Source: Elusimicrobiota bacterium (GTDB taxonomy: Bacteria; Elusimicrobiota; Elusimicrobia; UBA1565; UBA9628). Taken from it: a stretch of DNA of 64,000 nt. Made by a program: the position numbers and the translations under genes. The stretch lies in assembly GCA_030696455.1 (NCBI GenBank), contig JAUYSH010000120.1, forward strand, positions 42,317 through 106,316. The letters run 5' to 3'. Below, piece by piece: positions 9,060 to 19,495 of this stretch (position 1 is the stretch's first letter; the number at the start of each line of letters is the position of its first letter). Below the pieces are notes generated by a model, which was given only the letters and a program-made list of their open reading frames with translations, searched no databases and was not told the DNA's origin.

Positions 9060-11123
9060 TCAGGTCAACCCCAGTCGCAATTCATCGGCGGATTCGATCG
9101 GCAGGCCGCAGGCCCGTTCCACGCACAAGTAGGCTCGTGCGCCGGCCCCTTCAGAGAACTCCCCGACTATCGGCATCGTCGCCGTCAACGCCGCCTTGTC
9201 GGCTCGCCGATAGGCGGCGAAAACGAGTCCCGGTCGAATCCGTTCGCGCACGACTCCCAGCAATTCCTTCCCTCCCGGCAGATCCACGTCGGCGATGATC
9301 AAGGTCCGCCTCTTCCCGGCCGCTCTGTCCCAAGCGGCCAAAAGAAAAGGCATCGCGAGCGGCCGCGAAGATAAGGAAGGCCCGAAGCGTTCTAAAGTCT
9401 CGTTCGCGAAACGATTGAAATCGTCGTTGCCGGTGAGCTCCCACAGCCGCAAGCACACATCGGCCATCACCGAACTCGGAGACGGTTCTACCCCGTCGTG
9501 GTTCTCGATCGCCCGCGTAAAAAGTTCGCCGCCGTCATTTTGGCCCGTCTGAAAGAGCCCCCCGCCGTCCGCCGCGAAGCGGCGAATGGTTTCCATCGCG
9601 AGGTCGTTCGCCCAAGCGATATGCTCGGGTTTCAAGGAGGCCTCATACAGCCCCAGCATCCCATACGCCATGTTCGCGTAATCATCCGCCATGCCGTTGA
9701 TCGCCTTTTCCCCGTCGCGCCATCGTCGCCGCAAGGCCTTTCCGTCAGGCGACGATAATTCGCGCCTGACGAAGTCCGCCGCTCCTTCCGCGAGTCCCAG
9801 ATATTTCCCGTTGCCGGTCGCGCCGTAAGCGCGCGAAAGCCCCGCGATCGCGAGCCCGTTCCACGAAGCCAATATCTTGTCGTCCAGCGCGGGCCTCGGC
9901 CGCTTCGCTCGTTCCTCGAACAGCGCGCCCCGCGCCTTCTCCGCGTCCCCCTCCGCCATCGCCCCCGGGTCCATGTCGTACAGCACGCACTTCCCGGCGA
10001 ACTCCCCCTGCGGGTCGGCCAGCGCGTTCGTCCCCTCGACCACGCCGTACCTCGCGCAGAACTCCGGAGCAGCGTTCCCTAAGACGGCCTCCACCTCGGA
10101 TCTCCGCCACAGGTAGAACGCCCCCTCCGCCTTATTCCCGTGGGGCTCATCATGCGGCAGGCTGTCGGCATCCTCAGCCGAATAGAACCCCCCGTCCGGC
10201 GCCCGCAGGTCCCGCTCGAGATACGCGATCGTCCGTTCGAGCGCTCGTAAAAGCTCGCCGTCATTCGTGACGATCACCGCATCCGCCAGATTTTCCACCA
10301 GCTGCGCGTTGTCGTACAACATCTTCTCGAAGTGCGGCACCCGCCACGCGTGATCCGTCGAGTACCGCGCGAACCCGCCCCCGAGCTGGTCGAAGAGCCC
10401 CCCCCGCGTCATCGACCGCAGCGTTTCCACCGCCATGCCCCGCGCGTCGGCGTTCCCGGTCCGCGCGTGCCTGCGCAGCAGGAAGCGGATGTTCGCCGGC
10501 ATCGGGAACTTGGGCGCCTCGCCGAAGCCGCCGTGCTCCGCGTCGAACGCCGCCCTCAGGGCGCGCTCCCCCGCCTCGAGCGCCGCTTCCTCGGGACGGC
10601 CGCGCGCCTCGGCGGAGGCGGAGGCGTAGGCCGTCACGGCGCGCGCCAGCCCCTGGGCGTCGTTCTCGATGTCGGCGCGCCGGTCCTTCCAGAGAAGGGC
10701 CAGGCGCTCCAACAGGCTCGTCCACGAGGGACGCCCGTAGCGCGAGTCCGGCGGGAAGTAGGTCCCCCCGTAGAACGGCTTGAGGTCCGGCGTCAGAAAG
10801 ACGTTCAGCGGCCAGCCCCCTTGACCGGACATCGCCTGCACGGCGGTCATGTACACCTTGTCGACGTCGGGGCGCTCCTCGCGGTCGAGCTTGACGCAGA
10901 CGAAGGCGCGGTTCATGACCTCGGCGACGGCGGGGACCGAGAAGCTCTCGTGCTCCATGACATGGCACCAATGACAGGTCGAATAGCCGATCGAGAGCAG
11001 GATCGGCTTGTCCTCGGCCTTGGCCCGGGCGAAGGCCTCGGGCCCCCACGGGTACCAGTCGACGGGGTTGTCCTTGTGCTGGAGCAGGTACGGGCTTTTC
11101 TCGGCGGCGAGGCGGTTGGCCAT
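9060..11123 (-). CDS. yyaL: Thioredoxin-domain protein YyaL (DUF255 plus six-hairpin glycosidase-like domain)
   Basis: The ATG at 11123 ([31 protein letters not shown]...) and the [20 protein letters not shown] active-site motif. The longer track ORF is an upstream wrong-frame extension. Confidence 0.8.
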   Translation of the reverse strand: MANRLAAEKSPYLLQHKDNPVDWYPWGPEAFARAKAEDKPILLSIGYSTCHWCHVMEHESFSVPAVAEVMNRAFVCVKLDREERPDVDKVYMTAVQAMSGQGGWPLNVFLTPDLKPFYGGTYFPPDSRYGRPSWTSLLERLALLWKDRRADIENDAQGLARAVTAYASASAEARGRPEEAALEAGERALRAAFDAEHGGFGEAPKFPMPANIRFLLRRHARTGNADARGMAVETLRSMTRGGLFDQLGGGFARYSTDHAWRVPHFEKMLYDNAQLVENLADAVIVTNDGELLRALERTIAYLERDLRAPDGGFYSAEDADSLPHDEPHGNKAEGAFYLWRRSEVEAVLGNAAPEFCARYGVVEGTNALADPQGEFAGKCVLYDMDPGAMAEGDAEKARGALFEERAKRPRPALDDKILASWNGLAIAGLSRAYGATGNGKYLGLAEGAADFVRRELSSPDGKALRRRWRDGEKAINGMADDYANMAYGMLGLYEASLKPEHIAWANDLAMETIRRFAADGGGLFQTGQNDGGELFTRAIENHDGVEPSPSSVMADVCLRLWELTGNDDFNRFANETLERFGPSLSSRPLAMPFLLAAWDRAAGKRRTLIIADVDLPGGKELLGVVRERIRPGLVFAAYRRADKAALTATMPIVGEFSEGAGARAYLCVERACGLPIESADELRLGLT

Positions 11124-11494
11124 CAGCGGCCGCCGAGCGCGGCGCCGACGCGGAACAGCGCCAGGCCCGCCGCGACGCTGAGGAGCGCGTAGCCCCCGCC
11201 GCGCAGGGGCGCGACGCGCAGGAGGGCGTCGAGCTCGAGGATCAGGGCGGAGAAGGTGGTGAAGGCGCCGCAGAACCCCGTCATGAGCAGCATGCGCCCG
11301 TGCGTGCCGCCGAAGCCGCGCTTGGCGGCGGCCGCGTCGACGAACCCGATCAGCAGGCAGCCGCTGAGGTTGACGGCCATGGTGCCCCAGGGCAGCCAGC
11401 CCCCGAGCAGGCGGAACAGGCCGGCCGACAAGGCCCAGCGCGCGAGCACGCCCGCGGTCCCGCCCGCCAGAAGGGCGCCCATGCTCTCGATCAT
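11123..11494 (-). CDS. crcB: Fluoride ion channel CrcB/Fluc
   Basis: 123 aa, 4 TM helices, with the [10 protein letters not shown] motif. Its stop overlaps the yyaL start. Confidence 0.8.
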   Translation of the reverse strand: MIESMGALLAGGTAGVLARWALSAGLFRLLGGWLPWGTMAVNLSGCLLIGFVDAAAAKRGFGGTHGRMLLMTGFCGAFTTFSALILELDALLRVAPLRGGGYALLSVAAGLALFRVGAALGGR

Positions 11495-11538
11495 GGAGCC
11501 ATTCTATCATCCTCATCGGGCGAATGATATAATCGCCC

Positions 11539-12543
11539 ATGGCCGTCGACAAACGATTCGTCCTCACCGGCGCGAAGAGGGTCTTGGACTCCCGGCCCAT
11601 GTACGCCCAGGTCGTCGTCACCGACGACTGCAACCTGACCTGCTCCTACTGCGACGAGTACACCCCGGGCGCGCCGATCATCCCGCTCGAGACGATGATG
11701 GCGCGCATCGACAAATTGGACGAGCTCGGGGTTCTGGTCTACGATTTCCTGGGCGGCGAGACGATGATGCATCCAGGTATCGCGGAATTGGTCGCCCACG
11801 TGAAGTCCAAGCGCGGCGGCTCCAACCTGGCCACCATCATCACCAACGGGTTTCTGCTGACGAAGAAGAATATCCTCGATCTGAACGGTGCCGGTCTTGA
11901 TTTCATGCAGGTCTCGGTCGATACCCTCCATCCCACCGACTGGTCGGACAAGTCGTTGAAGTCGGTCCTGCCGAAGCTGAAGCTCCTCGCGGAGACGGCC
12001 AAATTCCAAGTCGAGATCCAATCGGTCCTCAACGAAGAGAACCTCCACAACTACGACGAATTCCGGTCTACTTTGAAGGACCTACCCTTCGCCTTCGGCT
12101 TCTCGATCATGCACGGCAAAGGCGGCCAGATCGCGATCAAGGGCGAGAAGTACCTCGCGCTGCTCGACAAATACGGGGTCTTCGAGGGCGTGAACTTCTA
12201 CGGCGAGCATCTCAAGGAGATGCTCGCGGGCGATTTCTCCCGCCCGTGGAAGTGCCTCGGCGGCTTCAAGTTCCTCTACGTGACAGCCGCCGGTTCGATT
12301 CAATGGTGCGCCCAGCAGCGCGGCGTCGCCTTCGACCTGATGACCGCGACCCCCGAGCGCCTGCGGACCAACGACGTGCACAAGCCCTGCGAGGCCGGCT
12401 GCTCCTTGGGCTGCGTGCGCATGGTCTCCCACACCCTCGGCGAGCCCCTCAAGACCTTCGGCGCCAGCGTCAAGCTCGCCATCGGCATGAGCAAACCGAA
12501 GGCCAAGGCCCCCGTGCCGGACAAATCCGCCGCCTTGGCCTGA
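11539..12543 (+). CDS. Radical SAM enzyme with a C-terminal Cys cluster (twitch/SPASM-like)
   Basis: The CNLTCSYC CxxxCxxC motif, a GGE motif, and C-terminal CLGG...CEAGCSLGC cysteines. Confidence 0.8.
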   Translation: MAVDKRFVLTGAKRVLDSRPMYAQVVVTDDCNLTCSYCDEYTPGAPIIPLETMMARIDKLDELGVLVYDFLGGETMMHPGIAELVAHVKSKRGGSNLATIITNGFLLTKKNILDLNGAGLDFMQVSVDTLHPTDWSDKSLKSVLPKLKLLAETAKFQVEIQSVLNEENLHNYDEFRSTLKDLPFAFGFSIMHGKGGQIAIKGEKYLALLDKYGVFEGVNFYGEHLKEMLAGDFSRPWKCLGGFKFLYVTAAGSIQWCAQQRGVAFDLMTATPERLRTNDVHKPCEAGCSLGCVRMVSHTLGEPLKTFGASVKLAIGMSKPKAKAPVPDKSAALA

Positions 12544-12630
12544 CGCCGACGACTATCCTCAAGGATCGTTCTTAGACCCTCCGAAAAAAAGCCTGGCGGA
12601 TTTCGAGAGCACCTGTTAGACTGTTCTCCC

Positions 12631-13503
12631 ATGATCCTCGCCTTCGCCGCCGTTCTGCTGTCCGCGCCGGCCGCCGCGAACCCCGCGCTCGCGCCGTATC
12701 CCCGCTACGCGTCGGCGGCGGCTCGCGCGGAGGATTTCCCCCCCAACGCCAAGCTCCTGGGCGAGGCGGAGGACCCCCTCGCGGCGCTGACCGCCGAGGA
12801 TGACGACCTTCGGGACGCGCTGAACTCGCCCCCGTCCCCGGCGTGGCTGATGGGCGGCCTGCGCGCTTCGAACCCGGCCGACCGGCTCTCCGCGGTCAAT
12901 TCCGCCGCCGTTCCCCGCCACGTCTCCGCGGTTCCGTCGCTCTCGGCCGTGATGCTCCGCCTCGACGAGCTCCCCGAGATCCGCGCCGCCGCGGCCACCG
13001 CCCTGGGCCGCATCGGCGACGCGGTCGCCGCCCCCGCCCTCGGAGAGGCCCTCAACGACCCCGCTCCCGACGTCCGCTACGCCGCCGCCCTGGCCCTAGG
13101 CCGCATCCCCGCCGACGGCGCCGCGACCCGGCTGACGCGCGCCCTGCGCTCCGATACCTCCTGGTGGGTGCGCTACGCGGCCGTGCTGGCCCTGGGCCGC
13201 ACCAAGAAGGGCTTCGTGGTGGGCGCCCTCGAGGACACCTTGCGCCTCGAGCCGAAATGGCAGATCCGAATGCTCGCCGTCCGCTCCTTGCAGGACGTCG
13301 GCTCCCACCGCGCCGCCGAGGCCGTCGTCCTGGCCCTGCGCGACCGCGACAGCGGCGTGCGCACCGCCGCCGCCCTGGCCCTGGCCGATATCGGCGAGGA
13401 ATCCCACCTTCCCTTCCTGAGCGCGGCCCTCAAGACCGAGACCGACCTCTCCGCCCGCTCCGCCCAATCCGCCGCCTTCCGCCGCATCCTCGCCAAGCCT
13501 TAA
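12631..13503 (+). CDS. Secreted HEAT-repeat (PBS-lyase-type) protein
   Basis: Signal peptide. Repeated ...AAAALGRIGD..APAL...D.VR..AA.ALG.. units. Confidence 0.6.
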   Translation: MILAFAAVLLSAPAAANPALAPYPRYASAAARAEDFPPNAKLLGEAEDPLAALTAEDDDLRDALNSPPSPAWLMGGLRASNPADRLSAVNSAAVPRHVSAVPSLSAVMLRLDELPEIRAAAATALGRIGDAVAAPALGEALNDPAPDVRYAAALALGRIPADGAATRLTRALRSDTSWWVRYAAVLALGRTKKGFVVGALEDTLRLEPKWQIRMLAVRSLQDVGSHRAAEAVVLALRDRDSGVRTAAALALADIGEESHLPFLSAALKTETDLSARSAQSAAFRRILAKP

Positions 13504-14330
13504 TCGAGGACGCGGTCGAGCCAGGCGAGGAGCGGGGGGCGGTACCGGGAGGCGCGGGCGTAGAGGGCCTCGGTGTGGCCGGCGCTGTCGAGCTTCCAGA
13601 ACTCCTTCGGGCCGGGGGCCAGGTCGAAGAGCTTGCGGCCCTGGGCATAGGGGACGACGGGATCGTTCACCGCGTGGAGCACCAGAAGCGGCACCGGCTT
13701 GCGGCGGGCGATGAGGCGCTTGGGCGCCCAGCGGTCGGAGATCAGCAGGGTCGACAACGGATACTGGAAGAGCCAGGTCGGCCAGACGCTCCCGAGCTTG
13801 AGGCGGGCGGTCTCGCGGTAGGACGCGAAGGTCGAGTCGAGGATCACGCCGCGCACGCCTTCCCCCCCGTCGCGGTCAAGCGCCGCCAAGGCGAGCGCGC
13901 CGCCGAGGCTTTGTCCCAGGACGATCAGGCGCTCGCGCGAGCCGCCGGCGCGGCCGCGGGCCAGGCGCAGGGCCGCGGCCGAGTCCTCGACCGAGCCGTT
14001 CAGCGACTTTTTTCCGCCCGAGCCGCCGTAGCCGCGGTAGTCGAAGGTGAACACGTCGTAGCCCTCGCCCGCCAGCCAATAGACGAACAGGTAATGGCTG
14101 GTCATGTTCTCGCCGTTGCCGTGGAAGTGCACGATCACGCCCTTGGACGGCGTCTTGCGGGCGTTGAACCAGATCCCCAGCAGTTCCGTTCCATCGGCCG
14201 ATTTAAAGCGGGCCTCCTGCCAGTTCCCTTCCTCGCGGGTCGGGAGGTAGCGATGAACCTGGTCGGGCTGCAGGAAAATATTCGTGCACCCGGACAAAAC
14301 GATCGCGGTCAGGAGGATCAATCGTTTCAT
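13500..14330 (-). CDS. Alpha/beta hydrolase lipoprotein
   Basis: The ATG at 14330 and lipobox LSGC. GQSLGG nucleophile-elbow motif and HFHGNGEN. The track ORF is over-extended at the 5' end. Confidence 0.7.
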   Translation of the reverse strand: MKRLILLTAIVLSGCTNIFLQPDQVHRYLPTREEGNWQEARFKSADGTELLGIWFNARKTPSKGVIVHFHGNGENMTSHYLFVYWLAGEGYDVFTFDYRGYGGSGGKKSLNGSVEDSAAALRLARGRAGGSRERLIVLGQSLGGALALAALDRDGGEGVRGVILDSTFASYRETARLKLGSVWPTWLFQYPLSTLLISDRWAPKRLIARRKPVPLLVLHAVNDPVVPYAQGRKLFDLAPGPKEFWKLDSAGHTEALYARASRYRPPLLAWLDRVLD

Positions 14331-16219
14331 CAAAAGAAGAGGAAGAACATCGCTCCCGCCTCCTCGTCGGGCACGCGCCGGTCGAGGGTGACCCGGAATT
14401 CCGAGTTGCGCGTCAGGCGCACGGAGCTCGTCAGACGCAGCCTTTGGCGCGCCGCGGAGCGCCGGGCGTACTCGATATACGTCGCCTCGCCGAGGACGCG
14501 CCAGCGCGCGCTCAGGTCGACGATCACCCCGGCGGTGCCGCCCGCCCCGGCGCGCCAACCCAAGGGAAGAACGGGGCCGAAGCCGAAATCCGTTTCGGCC
14601 AGGGCGTAGTAAACCTCGCGCCGCAGCAGGCGGCTCTGCGCCGAGACGCCCATGCCGCCGTTGAGAGCGTAGTACATGCAGGCCGCACCCGAGCAGCCGA
14701 GCTCCTTGGCCTGGTCCACACCGGTGGAGAGCTTCCAGGACGGCTTGCGCACCCACGGGTCCAGCGGCGAGAGCGAGACGATGCTCGCGATGTCGAGCCG
14801 CTCGACATAGAGCTGTCGGTCGGCGTGGTCTATGCGCAGGCGCCCGGCGCCCATCTCGAGTTGGCTGTCGGGGATATAGCCCTCGTCGGCCGAGGAGAGG
14901 TCGTGCAGCGAGGGCCTCCAGGCCAACTCGGTGAACGAGCCGCTGCGCGCCACGCCGCCGCCGACGCCCGCGCGCGTCGTGTCATGGCCCGCCTCGAGCG
15001 GGGTGGGCCGCTCGACAGCGGCCGGGGCCGGGGGCAGGCCGAGGCGTCCGCGCGCGCGCAGCAAGGTATGGATGGCGGTCAAGGTCTCGGTGCTCTGCTC
15101 GAGGTAATACCCCTTGCGGTAGCGCAGGTAGTCGTTAGCGGACTCCAGGATCAGGGCCTGTCGGTCCTTGGGATAGGCCGTTACGCGCTTAAGGTCCGCG
15201 TCCGAGATCTCCCTTCCCAGCCGGGTGGCGAGAGCGAGCTCGTCGGCGGCCTGCCGCGCGCGCCTCGCCTTGATCTCGGAGACGAACGAGGGCCGGTACA
15301 GCGGAGGCGCGACGAAGCCCGGACGCTCCTGCAGCACCCGGACGGTGTCGCCCGGGATGACGCCCCAGAAGAAGCGGGAGCTGACCTCGAGGGTCTCGTC
15401 GGCCGCCTCGAGCAAGGTCAGCAGCTGGTAGGAGCAGTTCTTGGTGAAGAAGTAATAGTTGAAGTAAGTGCTGCCCATCTCCCAGCCGTGGCGGATAAGG
15501 TCGTCGATCTGGGCCGGCGCGAGGTTCAGGCGGTAGTCCCACAGATCGCGCATCTCGAGGCTGCCGTACTCCTGCGTCTTCATGTAAAAAGGAAGCAACG
15601 AGTATTCGCCCTTGAAAGAACCGTTGAGGCCCTTGAGCGTATAGATCAGGGCATTGCTCGTGTCCGGAGTGGCGGCGAAGTTGATCGTGTAGTCGAGCAA
15701 GGCGTCCCCGCCGCCGCGGCGGTGCAGGCGCAGGAAGGTGTGCCCGTACATCGAGGCGGGGTTGTTCAGGAAGGCGCTGGCGAAGACCACGGAGACGGCC
15801 TCCGCGTCGATGGCCCCCCTCCAGGCCTCGAAATCCGGGCAGGCGCGCTCAGGCAGGCGGGCCGGATCGAAGGCCAGCCTCTCCTTGAGCCACCGGTAGC
15901 GCGCCGGGAAACGGCACTGCGGGTGCTGGCCCTCGGCGGGCTCCGGCTCGAAAAAAGCCGCGAGAGCGGCCTCGAGTTCGGCCGCCGGGTCCGTCCGCCC
16001 GCCGGGGGAGAGGAAGAAGAGCGCCCCGTCGGCCTCGGAGCGCCAGCCCTTGCCCTTGGAGCGGTAGTGCAGGAGCTTGAGCCACTTGCGCTCGCCGGCG
16101 AGGCGGAGCTCGCGCGCCCGCGCGGCCAGCTCCCCCGCATAGGCGTCCCCCGGCGCGGCGGAGGCGCCGAGAGGGACGATGAGTAAGGCGAGCGCCAGGA
16201 GGACGCGAGGGGTCGTCAC
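14330..16219 (-). CDS. Large secreted protein, DUF4105-like
   Basis: 629 aa with a signal peptide, ending FFLFF. Its stop overlaps the hydrolase start by one base. The family assignment is from memory only. Confidence 0.45.
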   Translation of the reverse strand: MTTPRVLLALALLIVPLGASAAPGDAYAGELAARARELRLAGERKWLKLLHYRSKGKGWRSEADGALFFLSPGGRTDPAAELEAALAAFFEPEPAEGQHPQCRFPARYRWLKERLAFDPARLPERACPDFEAWRGAIDAEAVSVVFASAFLNNPASMYGHTFLRLHRRGGGDALLDYTINFAATPDTSNALIYTLKGLNGSFKGEYSLLPFYMKTQEYGSLEMRDLWDYRLNLAPAQIDDLIRHGWEMGSTYFNYYFFTKNCSYQLLTLLEAADETLEVSSRFFWGVIPGDTVRVLQERPGFVAPPLYRPSFVSEIKARRARQAADELALATRLGREISDADLKRVTAYPKDRQALILESANDYLRYRKGYYLEQSTETLTAIHTLLRARGRLGLPPAPAAVERPTPLEAGHDTTRAGVGGGVARSGSFTELAWRPSLHDLSSADEGYIPDSQLEMGAGRLRIDHADRQLYVERLDIASIVSLSPLDPWVRKPSWKLSTGVDQAKELGCSGAACMYYALNGGMGVSAQSRLLRREVYYALAETDFGFGPVLPLGWRAGAGGTAGVIVDLSARWRVLGEATYIEYARRSAARQRLRLTSSVRLTRNSEFRVTLDRRVPDEEAGAMFFLFF

Positions 16220-16281
16220 GCGGGAAATGAAGCGGGCGGGACGCCGAGGGCGCCCCGCCCGCTGATCATGAGTCGTCTCGC

Positions 16282-16773
16282 TTAGAGCGTCGCGAGCTTG
16301 GGGTTCACGGCCATCTCCGCGCGGAGGTTGCGCAGCATGGTCGCCGAGTCCGTGTTCGCCGAGGGGAACAGGGTCTCGTACTTCTCCTGGGTCAGCGAGA
16401 TGAAGGCCTTCTTGGAGGCCTCATCGTTGGCGCCCATGAGCGAGGCGAAGGCGTTGAGGTACTCGCCGCCGCCCTGAGCCATCTCGGTGGAGAGCTTCTG
16501 CAGGTTGACTTCCGCGTACGCGGCCTGCTTCTTCTCGTTGCGCACCCAGCCGCCCTTGACGTTGCAGCCCGCGGTCTCGGAGCTGATGCCGAAGGTCTGA
16601 GTGTAGGTCCCGTTGGTCGTCGCGCCGAGAAGGGCGAAGACCTTCTTGTCGAGCTTGCCCGCGAACAGCTCGGTGCCGAGTCCGCAGCCGATGTTCGGAT
16701 CGCTGCCGCCCGCCGCGTGAGCCGCGGAAACGAAAGACGTCAGAACCAACATCGCCAACAGTGCTTTTTTCAT
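16282..16773 (-). CDS. Small secreted protein (DUF3015-like)
   Basis: 163 aa with a signal peptide and no recognisable catalytic motifs. Confidence 0.35.
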   Translation of the reverse strand: MKKALLAMLVLTSFVSAAHAAGGSDPNIGCGLGTELFAGKLDKKVFALLGATTNGTYTQTFGISSETAGCNVKGGWVRNEKKQAAYAEVNLQKLSTEMAQGGGEYLNAFASLMGANDEASKKAFISLTQEKYETLFPSANTDSATMLRNLRAEMAVNPKLATL

Positions 16774-16880
16774 GTTTTCTCCTGTTTACGGAAACGACGC
16801 GTGCGCCGGGATTAGTCTAGCCCCGGCGTTCAAGCTTGTCAAGAGCGGCCGGGCGCCAATTCGGCGTCGAAAAAACAAAG

Positions 16881-17564
16881 CTACCAGCCTTCCTCCCTGG
16901 CCGGATACGCGGCGTCGAGGTTCGTCGTATCCTCGATCGTTCCCGCCTCGGCGTCCATGTTCCAGTTGAGCTTACGCGTCCAGTCGTAGGCCTTCGGCTT
17001 CGTCAGATCGAGGCCGCCCTTGATCATCACCCCGGTCCCCGCCTCCACCAGCAGGCCTTTCTCGGACTTGTCCGTGGTGACCTCCACGGCGCCCGCGTTG
17101 ACGCAGAGCCAAAGGTCCTTGGACTTACCGCGGGGACGCCCGTATGCCGTGAAGAACTCGGTGCCGCGCACGGCGGCGACCGCGGACGGCGTGCGGATGC
17201 GGAAGCCGCGGCCCGCGGTCTGCTTCGCGATCTTGGCGAACACGGAGCCGGCGGACAGAAAGGCCGTGGTTTCCCGGATCTTCCCCTTCGGCAGTTCGAC
17301 GGCGACCCGGCTCCCCGCGCGCAGCTTGAGGCGCGAGCCGTCGGGCAGGGCGATGACCGCCACGGACTTCTCCGCGGTCGCCACCGCGTCGCCCGGAGCG
17401 AGGCGCGCCCCGGCCTTCCCGGGGCGCGCGCCGGACTTCGATTCGATGGTGACGGCCCCCCACGCGTGGACCAGGCGCGCCGGGCCGCCGGGCTCGGCGG
17501 CGAGGACGGACCCCGCGGGGAGCACGACGGCCGCGGCGAGAAGAAGTCGGATGATGGAGGTCAC
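16881..17564 (-). CDS. FecR-domain periplasmic protein
   Basis: A GTG start 15 nt after the YceI stop, a signal peptide, and the ...AAVRGTEF... FecR motif. The upstream part of the track ORF is spurious. Confidence 0.55.
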   Translation of the reverse strand: MTSIIRLLLAAAVVLPAGSVLAAEPGGPARLVHAWGAVTIESKSGARPGKAGARLAPGDAVATAEKSVAVIALPDGSRLKLRAGSRVAVELPKGKIRETTAFLSAGSVFAKIAKQTAGRGFRIRTPSAVAAVRGTEFFTAYGRPRGKSKDLWLCVNAGAVEVTTDKSEKGLLVEAGTGVMIKGGLDLTKPKAYDWTRKLNWNMDAEAGTIEDTTNLDAAYPAREEGW

Positions 17565-17578
17565 CCGCCGGCCCCCCG

Positions 17579-18172
17579 CTACTTCTTGGCCGGGGCCTTG
17601 AGGACGGCCTCGATGTCGAGGGTGATCGCGACCTCGTCGCCGAGCATCACGCCGCCGGCGTCGAGCGCCTTGTTCCAGACGATGCCGAAGTCCTTGCGGT
17701 CGATCTTGCCCGTCGCGGAGAAGCCGACGCGGATGTTCCCCCACGGGTCCTTGGTCGTGCCGCCGACCTCGAGGTCGAGGACGACGGGCTTGGTGACGCC
17801 GTGCATGGTCAGGTCGCCATGGAGCTTGGCGGTGTCGTTCTTGATGTTGGTCACCTTGGTGGACTTGAAGGTCATCGTCGGGAAATACTCCACGTCGAAG
17901 AAATCCGCGTTCCTCAGGTGGCCGTCGCGCTTCTCGTTGTCGGTGTTGATCGAGGCCGGGTCGATCGCGGCTTCGACCTTCCACGACTTCGGCTTGTCGG
18001 ACTTATACTCGACGGTGCCGGAGAATTTGGTGAAGCGTCCCGGGACCTTGCCGACGAGGTGGCGGATGCGGAAGCCGACCTGGGAGTGAGACGCGTCTAT
18101 CTCATAGGTTTCGGCGCGGACGGCGGGCGCGGCGACGAAGAGAAGGGCGGCGAGGGCGAGGGACTTGCGCAT
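17579..18172 (-). CDS. YceI-family periplasmic protein
   Basis: Signal peptide and the YEIDASHSQVGFRIRHLVGKVPGRF YceI-like signature. Confidence 0.85.
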   Translation of the reverse strand: MRKSLALAALLFVAAPAVRAETYEIDASHSQVGFRIRHLVGKVPGRFTKFSGTVEYKSDKPKSWKVEAAIDPASINTDNEKRDGHLRNADFFDVEYFPTMTFKSTKVTNIKNDTAKLHGDLTMHGVTKPVVLDLEVGGTTKDPWGNIRVGFSATGKIDRKDFGIVWNKALDAGGVMLGDEVAITLDIEAVLKAPAKK

Positions 18173-18226
18173 GGTGTGACCTCCTGTGCTGATGTGGCTA
18201 TATGTAACAGATTTGATTACATCTTG

Positions 18227-19495
18227 TCAAGAGGGGCTTGATCGAGAATACGCGCGGGCGCCGGAGCGAAGAACGAAGCCCCCGGCCAGCACGGCGACGC
18301 AAGCGGCGACCTGCAGCCAGCCCCCCTGGGCGCCGAGCCAGAGGGTCGCCGCGATCCCGGCGACGGGGATCGCCGCGCCCTGCAGCGCGCCCGGGCCGCC
18401 CTTGGAGCGCCGCAGGCGGCGGCTCAGGACGACGGCGCAGGTCGACAGGAACTGGGCGCCGATGACGACGTTGGAGAAATCCACGAGCCCGTCGAAATCG
18501 AGCAGGAGCGCGGCGGCCAACGCGCTGCCGGTCGACCAGGCGATCGACGACGAGGGCGTCGCGAAGCGGGGATGGGGCGCGGCGAGGCTCTTGGGAAGAT
18601 GCCCCTCTTCGGCCAGGGCCACCAGGTAGCGCGGGCCGCCCAAGGCCGAGCCGGCCACGAAGCCGGTCATCGAGACCACGGCCCCGCCCATGACGAAGGT
18701 CCCGCCCCACGGGCCCATCAAGGCCGCCGCGGCGTCGGCCAGCGGGCGCTCGGAGAGAGCCAGCTCCGGAACCAAGGACAGCGCCGCGATCTGCACGAGG
18801 ACATAGAGGACGGCGGAGCCGACGAGCGCGGCCAGCACGGCGAAGGGCACGTCGCGCTTGGGGTCCTTGGCCTCGCCGGCGGGAACGGGGACGGTCTCGA
18901 AGCCTTGAAAGGCGAAGTAGGCCAGGAAGCACGCGGCCCCGAGCGGGCGCCAGCCCTCCGGCGGCGCCTCCGGGCGCCACGCGGGCAGCGCGTGCAGGCC
19001 GGCCAGGGCGATCAGGCCGATCGGGATGAGCTTGGCGACCGTGAAGAGATCCGTGGTCCAGGCGCCCAGGCGCACCCCGCGCCAGTTCAGGGCGCCGAAG
19101 CCGCCGATCGCGAGGCAGGCGATGGCCTTCCCGAGCTCCGGACGCCCCGTCGCCCAGGGCAGGTACGAGGCGATGCCGTTGGCGACCGCAGCCCAGGCCA
19201 CCACCATCGTGACCCAGCACAGCCAGCCGATGGCGAAGCCCCAGCCTGGCCCGAACTCGGCATGGGCGTAGAGCGCGGGCCCGCCGGGCCCGTCGTGCTC
19301 CGAGGCGGCCTCCGCGAAGCACAGCGCCACCGGAGCCAGCAGCAAGGCGGTCAGGGCGAAGGCCAAGGGCGAGGCCGAGCCGAGATGGCCGGCGAGGCGG
19401 CCGGGGAAGAGGAAGATGCTCGAGCCGACCACGGCGTTGACGCCGAGGCAGACCAGGTCGAAGCGCGTCAGCTGGCGGCGGGCAGGGGGCGTCAC
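18227..19495 (-). CDS. APC-family amino acid permease
   Basis: 12 TM helices with the FDLVCLGVNAVVGSSIF motif. The GTG at 19495 overlaps the upstream stop (GTGA). The alternative ATG at 19585 would overlap the upstream gene by 94 nt. Confidence 0.7.
   Translation of the reverse strand: MTPPARRQLTRFDLVCLGVNAVVGSSIFLFPGRLAGHLGSASPLAFALTALLLAPVALCFAEAASEHDGPGGPALYAHAEFGPGWGFAIGWLCWVTMVVAWAAVANGIASYLPWATGRPELGKAIACLAIGGFGALNWRGVRLGAWTTDLFTVAKLIPIGLIALAGLHALPAWRPEAPPEGWRPLGAACFLAYFAFQGFETVPVPAGEAKDPKRDVPFAVLAALVGSAVLYVLVQIAALSLVPELALSERPLADAAAALMGPWGGTFVMGGAVVSMTGFVAGSALGGPRYLVALAEEGHLPKSLAAPHPRFATPSSSIAWSTGSALAAALLLDFDGLVDFSNVVIGAQFLSTCAVVLSRRLRRSKGGPGALQGAAIPVAGIAATLWLGAQGGWLQVAACVAVLAGGFVLRSGARAYSRSSPS

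Noticed and set aside
7105-9374. ORFs 7105-8916 (-) and 7347-9374 (+), 603 and 675 aa
   Set aside because: Wrong-frame or antisense to the dihaem cytochrome and DUF255 genes. Arg/Gly/Pro-rich.
11495-11538. Fluoride riboswitch upstream of crcB
   Set aside because: Only 44 bp of divergent spacer, with no conserved crcB-motif stems visible.
9060-11633. The 857-aa track ORF for yyaL
   Set aside because: The N-terminal 170 aa are an Arg-rich wrong-frame read-through across crcB. The true start is the ATG at 11123.
12843-14609. 588-aa plus-strand ORF
   Set aside because: Arg/Pro-rich and overlaps the HEAT-repeat gene in another frame and the hydrolase antisense.
14444-16186. 580-aa plus-strand ORF
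   Set aside because: Antisense to the DUF4105-like gene. Low-complexity.
16836-18089. 417-aa plus-strand ORF and 17020-17601
   Set aside because: Antisense to the FecR and YceI genes.
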